A stretch of DNA of 64,000 nucleotides from Azolla caroliniana (Eukaryota > Plantae > Polypodiophyta): positions 16,988,001-17,052,000 of the forward strand of contig JBHGNT010000017.1 of NCBI GenBank assembly GCA_043228905.1, given 5' to 3'. Made by a program: the position numbers and the translations under genes. Shown one piece after another: positions 11,884 to 23,237 of the stretch. Position 1 is the first letter of the stretch. Each line of letters opens with the position of its first letter. The notes below the pieces were generated by a model that worked only from the letters and a program-made list of their open reading frames with translations, was not told the DNA's origin and made no database searches.

Positions 11884-12802
11884 ACGGGAATAGCATTGAG
11901 CAGTCGGGCCATTGAGGGATAGAGAAAATTCCGCTATTTTGGAGGACTCGATTTCGGCAGCCAATAACCGTTGCATCGAGTGGTTGGCCTACCATGTGGC
12001 CTACCATGTGGTAAGGCATGGTATAGGGTTGGGTGACCTCTTGAGGGCTTGACGGGGAGATCGTTGCAGAATCAACTCGCGACTAGGTATCGGGTGGCGA
12101 GGATTGCAACCGGTGGGCCTCTGATAGTTCCTGGAAAAATTGGTTAGTGACCGCCGAGTCAGAAGTTCCTTCGACTGGCTCAGGGTGTCGAGCAGGTGGC
12201 CGACACTACGTGATGGGATTGGGCGCCATAATGGCGGCTGAGGTTTGCCTCCTACGTAGTTCGGTGTGACCTTACAACTGTAACCAGGCATGCCAAATTG
12301 TGTTAAACGTTTCTGGGGGAAACACCTTCGATGAGCCCACAGGCTATCAATATCAAGAGGTCGTGTTACGTGGAGGCCTCTTCTACACCGAGAAGACGTT
12401 ATGGGAACGAGGAGCGTACACGAGCTACAACCCGTTAGACGTAGACGTAGCTCCATTTACAAGAACAGGCAGAATACATAGATGAAGGAATAGTAAAAGC
12501 AAGATTTATATTAAATGAGAAAGCTCACAGTGATTACAGTACACAGCTCTCGGCCGGAAACAGTTTTGTGCAGAGCTTAGTGCTACGATATTAATCCTGC
12601 TAAATAATCTAAGTATCTCTCTCTCTTGAGGTATGCAGGTCTTGGCTTATATAGTTTTCTTCCTTACACAGAGCCCAGCCATCGGCTGATTGTGAGGACT
12701 CAAAACTCGACTATTTTAGTCCTACCTATTTCCTCACCTACTTTTCTAACTACTAGCGAGTTTACATATTTTGTTTTCTATATTTCTGGCCTATAGACAA
12801 CA
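11884..12802 (-). mobile_element. Gypsy element F remnant: 5' LTR (12301-12802), PBS and start of the internal region
   Basis: TGTT...AACA termini, minus-strand TATA (CTATATAAG), and a PBS-like TGGCATGCCTGG at 12284-12295 on the minus strand. Confidence 0.65.
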
Positions 12803-13754
12803 ATAATCTTGTGTATTGTAGAATATGTTTGTGTATAGTTGTTGCCCATAGCCATATTTAATACGTGTCTTTTTCTCGGGAAAATTAGGGTTTTAACCCG
12901 TCAAGCCAAATGAAAGGGGAAGGAGGGTGTTTAGAATTACCCCTCAATGATCATCAGGATAGGGATGATGCTATCAGGACACAACAAGCGATACGAACAT
13001 ATTGGGCAGAAAAAAAATGAAAACATCGTCAATTGTTGAAGGATACGAAAGCCACACCTCACTAAAGGTAAAGATAGTATTGGTTGGGATATAGGTCTAA
13101 ATAACACTGAGAATGGAAGTAATGAGACTACTATCATAGAGAGAAAGGTTGTAGACTATTTCAATGTTCAAACCAAGCACATCAGCAATGAAGACAAGAA
13201 GGTAGTACTTTATGGAATATTAAATGATCCATCGATAAAGGAGTTGATTGTGATAGTCTTAATGCAAACATAACATCTGTACTAGTAAATAATCTACGTA
13301 ATAGTTTCGTATACATGAGTAGGTCAAAAGATGATATTGTCTTAAAAAGGTCTAGTCTAATGATGTTACTTAATAGTGATGTTGACGATATTAACATCAG
13401 TGTGCTATCTAAGGTAATTGGTGTTAGTAGAAAAAGTGTATACAATACATTGAACTAAATAGTTTCCTCAAGTGAAGGAACTAGTCTACTAAAGCTAACA
13501 ACAAGATGTAAGCCAATGACACCCATAACATCAAAAATTAAGGATATAATCACAATATTTTGGACTAATGAGAGTAGGGTTTCACCCAATAAGAAGGATT
13601 TATGCAGGAAACGTGTTGGAAGGAGTCAATACGAGGAGCATCCCATTCATCTTCTTGATGTACCTTAGGTATTTACATTTATCTCAACATTTGTTTTGAC
13701 TTTTGAGCTTAGTTAGTTAACTTATTAGCTACCTTTGAATATGACCATAACCGA

Positions 13755-14188
13755 ATAGCTAATTACCTACCTCAGAATATGCCCATAACTAACTAGCTAC
13801 CAGTAATAGCTAATTAGCTACCAAAATAGCTAATTAGATCCCTAAGTATATCAAAATAGCTAATTAGCAGAGTATGGTAGTAGCTAATTAGCTATTGTAC
13901 TAAACTATGGTAGTAACTAATTAGCTACCACTTCGCTAATTAGCTATTGTACTAAACTATGGTAGTAGCTAATTAGCTAATGCTAGTAGCTTATTACCTA
14001 CCACTTAGCTAATTAGCTACTCCACTAAAGTATGCTAGTAGCTAATTAGCTACCACTTAGCTAATTAGCTACTAAACTAAAGTTTGATAGTAGCTAATTA
14101 GCTACCACTTCGCTAATTAGCTACTGTACTAAACTATGGTAGTAGCTAATTAGCTACCACTTAGCTAATTAGCTATTGTACTAAACTA
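13755..14188 (+). repeat. Palindromic minisatellite array (TAGCTAATTAGCTA)
   Basis: Many AGCTAATTAGCT palindromes separated by CCACTT or TACTAAACTATGGTAG spacers. Confidence 0.9.
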
Positions 14189-14825
14189 CGGTTTGGTTGC
14201 GACGCATGTACGGATTGTGCACGGGCTAAACTTTATGGATGATTGTGTCATTTGGCCGAATTATACAGACAGTCGCATGCAACCAAAAGCCAAGGCCATG
14301 CAACTAAAAGTAAAAGGCATGCATCTAAAAATGGAAGCATGTAACTAAAAGCAGAGGCCATGCAACTAAAAATAGAGGCCATCCAACTAAAAGTGGGCAT
14401 GCAAAGTAACATTGGGGAGGAGGATCAACAAGGAGCCTGATATATGTCGCATTTTTTCCCTCCTAGTTTTTTTTTCCTTCTTTCTTCTTCCCTCTCAGAT
14501 TCGAGAAACAAATTATCTCACATATTGATATCAAACTCCTAGCTTTGTTTACTTGATCTTTCTTGTCAAAAATTATCTCTCGTATTCATATCGGACCACT
14601 CCTTGCATGGTTGCTGGCTCCTTTCTTTGAAAAATTAATCTCTCATTTCCATACCCAACCCATTGTAACACGATTCTAAAATTATAAAGAATCGATTTTC
14701 TTTTGCAATAAACTAATGATTTGTCTCTCCCACTTGTCTTATGCTTAAAACTTGCTTGTGTTGTACATGTTGCACTAAATCCTTCTAGTCTCACGATCCG
14801 CACATAGTGACAGATTTTCACGACA
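14188..14825 (+). repeat. Partial LTR of the tRNA-Trp family (3' half)
   Basis: Reverse-complement homolog of 10602-11235. Ends TTTTCACGACA at 14825. Confidence 0.85.
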
Positions 14826-15486
14826 ACGTGGAGATACTCTGAGTGATGTCTTAAATGTTGGGGATAATTTTGTTGTAAATGGAGAAGAAGGCAATTTAGA
14901 GGGTGCTGATTTCTATATATGGAAGTGCACGGTTAGTAAACAATGTGCAACGCATAATATATTAGATGCTTGGGGAAATGTTGACATATCTACCGGGACC
15001 TTCTACATCGAAGGTATTTTTTATGCAAGACTAGATGATTACGAATATGTGTATAGGCTATTAGGAGACAAACCAGTGGCGTACATGTACTCTCATTTGG
15101 TCAGGTGCATCAATGTCCTAGTGTCGCAATACAATAGCTGCTCAGGTTTATACACAGTTAGTGCTAATGTGTATGAAAGTATTTACAACAGTATGCCATG
15201 GAATTTGTAGCTACAAGTAGCAATTACCAGTTTTCTTGTAAAACAAACAAAGCACATGTATTGCAAATAAACAATTTAATGGACCTATTTGGGAGTTTTT
15301 TTTCTCATATACAACCTACTTTTTGTGTTTCTTCTATCAGTCTTCTATCTGATATAAAATTTAATAATATCGTTTAGGGTTCTTCTTTCTGAGATCCTGA
15401 ACATACTCTTAAAATTACATAGTAGATAAGTTACTCAAAACAAGAAATTTAATTCTTCATTGATTAAGTGGTAGCAAATTACATAT

Positions 15487-18400
15487 TTATAACATCCCAT
15501 TGCCAATGTCTTGAAATCTTCTATAAACAGCTAAGCTCTTGCTAGTCAATGGAACTTCTCTACATATATGATCTTCATACCAAGCACGGTATGGAGTCCA
15601 CAACCATGTAGCTAGTTGGTAGCTCAATGTTTTCACCAAATAGTGTTCAGGCATTTCATCGGGTAGAATGAGACAGCATCTGCGAATGTTGAAGTAATAT
15701 CGGAAATGTTCTGTATCCAGAATCAACGTATTGTCGGCATTATAATCTGACCAAGTGTCCCAAAAATCAGAAAGTCTTTTGAATCTTGCAACATCATTCT
15801 GCTCACAATTCTCTCGTGTCCACTGACCCTTGAAATGTTGTCGCCACTTCAGGAAGATTCTTTGTACACACTTCCACACATCTGATCTTGGTTTTTTGCT
15901 CCAAATAAACAAATCAAAATATTGCACAACCCACTCCACAAATTGATTTTCGTCCCTCCTTGGTGTCGTATATCGCACACTCATCAAGACTTTATCAAGC
16001 TCCAAGATCAAGGCTCTTCGTTTGAATTCTAATGGTTTAGGTTTCCATTCCTGTAACTGAGCCTCTGTTACACCAATTACTAGTAGCACACGATCAAGGT
16101 CAATCAACTCAAGTTCTGTTGGCACAATTGGTGTCCTTTTCCTCTTCAAACTCCTAGTCGACTGTGTTGGGCCTAACTTCACATTCTGGTGCTCTTGTGT
16201 TGTCGACTTAGTCATTGACTCGGTGCATGTAGATACTGATCTGGTCGATATCAGCCCACTGGTATCACATGCTGCATCTACCTGCAAAATCAGATCATTT
16301 GTGCAACATGCTTGATCATTTGCGTGACCAGATCATTTGTGTTAGTTGCTACATCTACTTTCAAGATGTGACCCTCTAAACACGCAACAACATCAACAGT
16401 TTCCACACTCCCACCGGCCTTAGGAGCAATAGATTCAAACCCTTTAGACTTTGCAACATCAGAAAACACCAACATCTTCACACTCACAAAGTAACTAACA
16501 GTCTCACAAAACAACATAATGAACATGAAATATTTTCCATCATAGAAACACGAACATAATTATCTTGGAGAAACATCATAGAGTTCCATTACATAATGTG
16601 GATCAAGCAACAACCAATAAGAGGTTTTACTTGTCCAAATAGATCATAGTAAAACATCATAAAACCCTAGGAAAATCGCTAACAATCATATCCCACTAAT
16701 AAGTATTTCGCTCCAATTCAAGAGCCCCTTGACCGAGTAACTAGTCTTGTCCGCGATCGTGGTCCCTTCTTCACCCTTTTTCTAGCCGGTTGCCCATTTA
16801 GCCTTGCTTCTTTGACCCATTGCGCAAGTGTGTCCTCCTTCGACAACCTTTCCATCACCTTAGCAGCGGCTTGCAAATCAGCCGCGTCTTGCACTAGCTT
16901 TTCCAGTACAGTGGGATTTGTTTGGACATTATCAGTAGTTGGGCTCAGTGGGGTGGAATCAAGGTTTTGGGATTCGACAAAATGTTGCATCAAGTGTTCA
17001 AAAACACTATTGTTGTGAACCTCTGATTTACATGTTGTTTCCAATATTTCATGGCTTTTCACATCGTTGCCTAATTCATTACCATCTTCCAAAAGAATAG
17101 GGTGGAGCTGATCTGAAGGAGATGTGATAGCAAGACTCTTACTTTCAGCCACGTTGACAACTATCTCCTCATCGGTTGTAGCGTCATCAGCACCAGACAG
17201 GTCATGCACCCTCCTTAATCCACAAGATTCTACAACAACATGGTCGCTAATTAGCTACATCTTAGCTAACTAGCTATTCTTCAAGACTATGACAGTAGCT
17301 AATTAGCTACTTCGCTTAGGTATGGTACTAGCTAATTAGCTACTCAACTAAAGTATGGTACTAGCTAGTTAGCCACTATAACTAAAGTATGGTAGTAGCT
17401 AATTAGCTAAGTAGTAGCTAATTAGCTACTATACTAAACTATGGTAGTAGCTAATTAGCTACTATACTAAACTATGGTAGTTGCTAATTAGCTACTACCA
17501 TACTTTAGTTACTCATCTAAAGTATGGCAGTCACTAATTAGTTACCACTTAACTAATTAGCTATTGTACTAAACTATGGTAGTAGCTAATTAGCTACTAT
17601 ACTAAACTATGGTAGTAGCTAATTAGCTACTACCATAGTTACTGTACTAAACTATGGTAGTAGCTAATTAGCTACCGCTTAGCTAATTAGCTACTATACT
17701 AAAATATGGTAGTAGCTAATTAGCTTCCACTTAGCTAATTAGCTACTCAGCTGAAGTATGGCAGTAGCTAAGTAGCTACTGTAGTAAACTATGATAGTAG
17801 CTAATTAGCTAAGTGGTAGCTAATTAGCTACTTAGCTAAAGTATGGTAGTAGCTAATTAGCTACCACTTACCTAATTAACTACATGTTAGGTAATTAGCT
17901 ACTACACTACAACCATAATCGCTAAATAGTTTCCACAGTTTATATAGCTTACCTAATTAGCAAAGATGGAACTAATTAGCTACACTATGGTCACAAGCAT
18001 CAATTTTACCTTTGTGTTTTCTCCACTCATTTGGGAGAGTTGTACTACAATTCCCCAAATAGAATGCAGCAATGTGATAGGCATATTGAAAACAAATGAT
18101 ATGGTATGTGTGCTGGCATGGTTGTAGGTGAACCAACAGAGTAACAGATTTGTCCTGTACACGTAATCCACAAGCGATGCAACGTGCTTGAACAGTCAAT
18201 ATATCGTTTCCTGGTTCTCCTTTGTTTGGTAAGGGAGCAAGAATGTTCAAGTCCAGTTCTTGTCTGCTCCTTACCATCCCCTCTGCAAAATGTAGCTGCT
18301 TCTTAAGGCAGCTAACTACCTGTTCTTGACGAGAGTATTGTTCCTTCAACGCAGCCGAGAATTTTACCGATTAATTATTCCTTAATGAGGAAGATACAAC

Positions 18401-19003
18401 AACAAGAAACAAGAATCATTAACTTACTTGTAGCTTTTCCAAATTGTATTCATCGATAGTATTTACACCTAGAAGGTCCAGGTTCATTGAAAGAACCTGG
18501 ATCTTTGTCTGCGGTTGAATTTTCCGCTGGGGATCCAGCGACCCCTCAATTTCAAGTTCATGTTGAGCAACTTGTTCCAGATAATGCCTCAGTAGCACAT
18601 TTTCATGTACACTTTATTTATAACATATTACATACTAGCAAAACAATAGGTACCTGAATCTTATTTCTGATTGTTGTAACTGCCAAAGTGACTTTGCTCT
18701 CCATCGCAGCAGCCAATGTTGGTTTCTCTAAATCAGTCTTAAAAAACTCCAATGTCTCACAGGCTTCATGGACATTTTTTAGCATATAGCTAATCAATGT
18801 CTCACCTGTATCATCGACATTGGCTTTCATGGTGTGTCAGTGTGGCATATACTTGCGGGTTTGTTGGGAGTCGGCAATTGCATCATCAACTGCCATGCTC
18901 CAAATTCTTGCCATTTTTTGTTGAAAGCTCCCCATCTTCCGACATCTTTCTACCGATGCCTCACCATAAATTGCCCAAGCTACCCTGTACTTCAGGGTCA
19001 CAA
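15487..19003 (-). pseudogene. Multi-exon gene with a RING-like finger and a degenerate FCP1/NIF (HAD-like) C-terminal domain, 5'-truncated by an LTR
   Basis: CIAC..PCQHTYHIIC in 17972-18349. ALILELDKVL..FDLFIWS..NTLILD in 15487-16287. Minus-strand splice-like signals at ~16283 (acceptor) and at ~18427 and ~18654 (donors). Confidence 0.5.
17245..17985 (+). repeat. Second palindromic AGCTAATTAGCT minisatellite array
   Basis: Same unit and spacers as 13755-14188, with spacers in both orientations. Confidence 0.9.
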
Positions 19004-19980
19004 TGTCGTGAGGATTTTTGGCAACTGTGTGAAAATTGTGCGGAATCGAGAAGGTGTAATGTGCACACGAATGAATGGGGTGATGGTTACACTCATACGT
19101 TAGCATGGTAAATATAAATATAATGAGAACACCTAAAGCCTATTTTCATTTTGAAGCATACGAAGGGGTGCAAGTATTGAACCTTGCACCTCCAAGATAG
19201 AAGACAACATACTTACCATTAGGCTAAGTTATTTCTTTAAATTATTATTATGTTTTTCACATGTAAATGCTCACACATGAGAGCATGGGGTACATGGTCA
19301 TCATGCATCACATGTGATGCATGAGCGCCAAATGCCAATCATGCATCGCATGCATTTCATGCATTTTATGCATGTCTTACACCCTCACATGCACATATGT
19401 ATGGGGGCATCTATATAAGTGGGAATCAATCGATGAATCAAAGGAAGGGAAGCTATGTATTGAATCAACATCTTAATATTAAAAAACCTACTTATCTTAT
19501 TTGTGACTTGTCTTGTTTCTCAACATTGATGCCAAGGGTTCAAACTCGGAATTGGAATTTCCATCCATCTATCTATCTACCTTAAACACTTCCTCAATTC
19601 CTTTCTCTCTCTCACACACACACAACCACATTAGTGCATCACTTCGACTACTACAATTTCATTTCGTGCGGTCATTCACTCTATCTCTGGAATTCTCATC
19701 AAGAAGGAAATAGCACTGGCAAAGATCATTTCGCCGTCGTCGCCGCCCGATAAACGTTGAGCACCACCACAATTAAGCTGCCTACACGTCAATCCACCGC
19801 ACCGCGCCGTTGATTCTAGTTCGGGTGCGTCTTTGACAACAAAGAACAACTCGACAATAAACCTAAAACGGCCAATTCATCTCCTCCATAACCACTAGCA
19901 GGTAGAGGCCCGGTGCTTGTCCACGCCTGTGTGACACGCACATTGCGACGTTTGGCACGTGTGTCACGCGCCACGCGACA
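19004..19980 (+). repeat. LTR of a tRNA-Trp element, followed by a truncated PBS
   Basis: TGTCGTGAG...CGCGACA, homologous to 61117-61768 and 57540-57637. Followed by TCTATT-TGGTGA. Confidence 0.85.
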
Positions 19981-20401
19981 TCTATTTGGTGATGTCGTGA
20001 AGATTTTCGGCAACGGTGTGAAAATTGTGTGCAACGAACAAAATCGAGAAGGTGCAATGTGCATGTGTGAAAGGGGTCAAGGCCACACGCATATGCTAGC
20101 ATGTTGTAAATAGGATTGAAATGAGAATCGTAAAAGAAAAGCTAGATGTAAAGTTAAACATGTGCATGTGTGATGTGCGCTCAATTGTAAATATAAAAAA
20201 TAAGAGTAAAGCCTAGTAACATCTAAGTGCATACATAAGGGTGGATACATAAGGGTGGAAGGAAGGCTTGAACCTTGCACCTCCAAGATAGGAGACAAAT
20301 TAACTTACCACTAAAGCCACTACTGAGTGCTGTAGAATTTGTATGTTTTCTTCTTCATATTCAGTATTTTGTAGGAAGCAAACATATAGAAACTGTGGGC
20401 A

Positions 20402-20475
20402 CAAAACCATGGTTTTAGCCCGTGGTTTTAACCCATGGTTTCAGCCCGTGGGTTTAGCCCATGGTTTTTCCATGG
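20402..20475 (+). repeat. 13-bp tandem repeat (AGCCCRTGGTTTT) inside the LTR
   Basis: About 5 consecutive units. Confidence 0.8.
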
Positions 20476-20739
20476 AGAAACCTATAAAAGCCTATAGTGG
20501 GGCTTGTGTAAGGGGGGCCAAGTAATGTAAGTAAACAAAGAAACTTTTAATCAAAGATCGGAGTTATTCTAAAACTAAAGTCAAGTGTTTAATCTCTATC
20601 TCAATCTCTCTCTTCATCTATCTATCTATCTTCAATACTTTCTCACTTACGCTGCTAAAAACGTCGAATCCTTCTAATCCAGGACCCCGGTGGTCCCGCT
20701 TCATTTCACGAACACGCGAGGATTTCCTCAACATCTTAC

Positions 20740-22127
20740 TTGTAGACATGCTTCGAGAGATGAGAATTTCTCAAATTAGAAAGGAGGAAACTCAAAGTTT
20801 TCTGGGTCGTCGCCTGGACTTTCCCCGTAGGTGTATTTGGTGTGACTCCTTGGAACACCAATGGAGAGATTGCTCAGAATTCCAAAATGCCCTCCGATGA
20901 GATATCATTTATCTCTCCAACAATCGGATTCACTCCTCGGTGACACAACGTCCTCTCAATACCAACTTCGGCTAAGGAGGTATGAAGAAGTTGATGGAGG
21001 AAATGGAAGAAAACAAAGTGAATAGTGTTTACTATTCCTCATCTGCTGGAATTCGAGCTGGACACGAGACGAGAGCCCAAGAGTCTCAAGTAGGAGAATT
21101 TTGGCCAATCATATTGAATCAACTCGGAAAAGGGAAGCTCTGCATGAATGAGGCATGCAAAGCAGAACGAAGAGTCCAAGAAATGACGGGATGCGAGGAC
21201 CCTGTGGAGGAGAAGTCTAGCTTCGTCGAGGCCATGTGTCAAAACTACGACGTCCTGGTTGAAGAGAAACGAAAAAGACCAGATAAGCAATCAAGCCCTT
21301 CAAAGAAACATGACACAAGAGAAGTTGTTCGAAGAAGGGAAGAATCATCACTGCCCCAAACAATAACCGAAAGAGGGAAGGAAAGAATCGGACTAGCATT
21401 CAAACTACGCTCGGAGATAGAGCAATCCACCGACCTTAAGCGTGTGATGGAAGAAAGAATCCTAGACAGCCGAATCTAGTTCATACTACGAGAGGTCTTA
21501 GGAATTGCAAAGAAAGAATTTCATGATGTCATCATTGACTTAATAAAAAGGAAGAGATTGACGATAAGTGAAGAAGGAACTAGACCGACAAATGTATGAA
21601 CAAGCGCTATCACAACGGAAGGACTCGAAATTGAACAAGAATTTGCCGATAGTCATTTTCCAAGGCCACAATGGGCTAGGGCCACCACTGAGACACCGGT
21701 GCGGATGGGAGACTTGAAAGATTCGGTGGTGGCGCTCATTGATCATGGCTCGAAGATCAACCTCATGTCTCTTGACTTCTATCGAAAGGGTCGTTGGCCC
21801 ATTAATACTAGGCATGGGTGGAAGATTCGAGTAGCAACTAGGGTGACAAAAGAGCTTCATGGGGCCTGCTCTAACGTTAAGGTAACTATTGGTGACATTG
21901 AGCATGATCAACACTTTTTTGTACAGGAATCGGCGTCACATCCTGTCATCCTTGGCAAGCCTTACATAACAGCATCCCGGATGGAGACAAAGATACTTGA
22001 TAATGGTTCAGCATATGTGCGGATACGAAGTCAAGATGGTACAAGCTCAGTTCAATTCCTCACAGTACGACCGAACCATGAAAGGAATAGGCATAGCTTA
22101 GGGAAACAAGTTAGGGAGGATTTTTAA
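20740..22127 (+). pseudogene. gag: gag C-terminus (zinc knuckle) plus aspartic protease of element G
   Basis: CIWCDSLEHQWRDC knuckle, then VVALIDHGSKINLM and VILGKPY. Confidence 0.85.
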
Positions 22128-23237
22128 TTTGGGTTATTAGGGAGAGGGACAACAATAGTCCAGGACATCTAACTATGTCCCCAAATCAGTGTAATAAAAG
22201 TTGTCACCCCATTAATGAAAATGAAGTCTTGTTTTCTGAAAATGGGATGTGTAAATTTAACAACATAAATAGAGGAGATATTAAAATAGGAATCCTAGAG
22301 GAACAACTTAGAGAAATCGGGATTATGAGTGAGGAAGAGGCAATAAACGGGTACATGGAGATGATATCATTTGATGATACTCTTGGGGAAATGGAGAAAG
22401 TCATCAAATCGAAACTACAAGTCAACAAAATGATTCCAATCAACTTTGTTGCCTTATACACCGCCATCGACGAATACGAACAAGGTGTCGCAACGGATGA
22501 AGTCGAAGTTAATACCAAATACAAGACTGTGGATAAGAAGGTCAAACTTGTGGCTGCTCCCTTGCTTGAAGACAGTTGGCAACGAATAAAGGATGTAGCA
22601 CGAGATCCGTGCCTTAGAGACCCGAAAGGAGCAACTTTGAGTTAGTACTTTGTTCATAGCATGTCTTCACCGACGAAACTCGACGGAAGCTCAAAGTTGC
22701 TGGGGGTGAGTTTTTGTTGAGCGACAAGCTCAACCGGATCCGGATCGGCTGAATAAGCCTGAGCCGGATCGGCATCCAAAAGGGTGACCCGGTGAGCAAG
22801 TGAGCCGATGAGCTACAGAGCCGGTTAGTTGGATCAAGCAGTAACCGGAAGGCAAGTAGCAGCTAGTCTACTAGGGAGTTAATATCTTGTAGTTAGTGTT
22901 AGACGCTCGTGTGAGCATTGAAGTACACCGTACTTCTATCAGTCTAGATGGACTTGTATAAAAGTGTTCACTGAACACATACAATGTATAGACTGAGTAG
23001 TATTTTTTGAATTGGGTTTCTGTGTGCTCTCTCTCTCTCTCTGTCTTTCCCGCATACTGTTAAGCTCTCCATTACACCCGTTTTCTGCTTTCTGTTTTCT
23101 ATTGCTTCTCCACGCTATTTGTTTCTACATGGTATCAGAGCGCGAGGGTTGAGAACCTCTATAGCCGACATTCGCTTTCGCAAATACAAAAACCTAACCT
23201 TTGTAAAGAATAGAAAAAAAAACAAATGGATAGAGGA

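Larger units (their letters stand above)
12960..15210 (+). pseudogene. Putative DNA-transposase relic: N-terminal part to ~13670 and C-terminal part at 14830-15210
   Basis: Manual translation gives FWTNESRVSPNKKDLCRKRVG..HLLD followed by a GT donor, and GDNFVV..DFYIWKC..DAWGN..YMYSHLV..*. These resemble transposase-associated proteins. No catalytic core is visible. Confidence 0.4.

Noticed and set aside
13755-17985. Palindromic repeat-spacer arrays as CRISPR
   Set aside because: The spacers are short and reused, there are no cas genes, and the context is eukaryotic.
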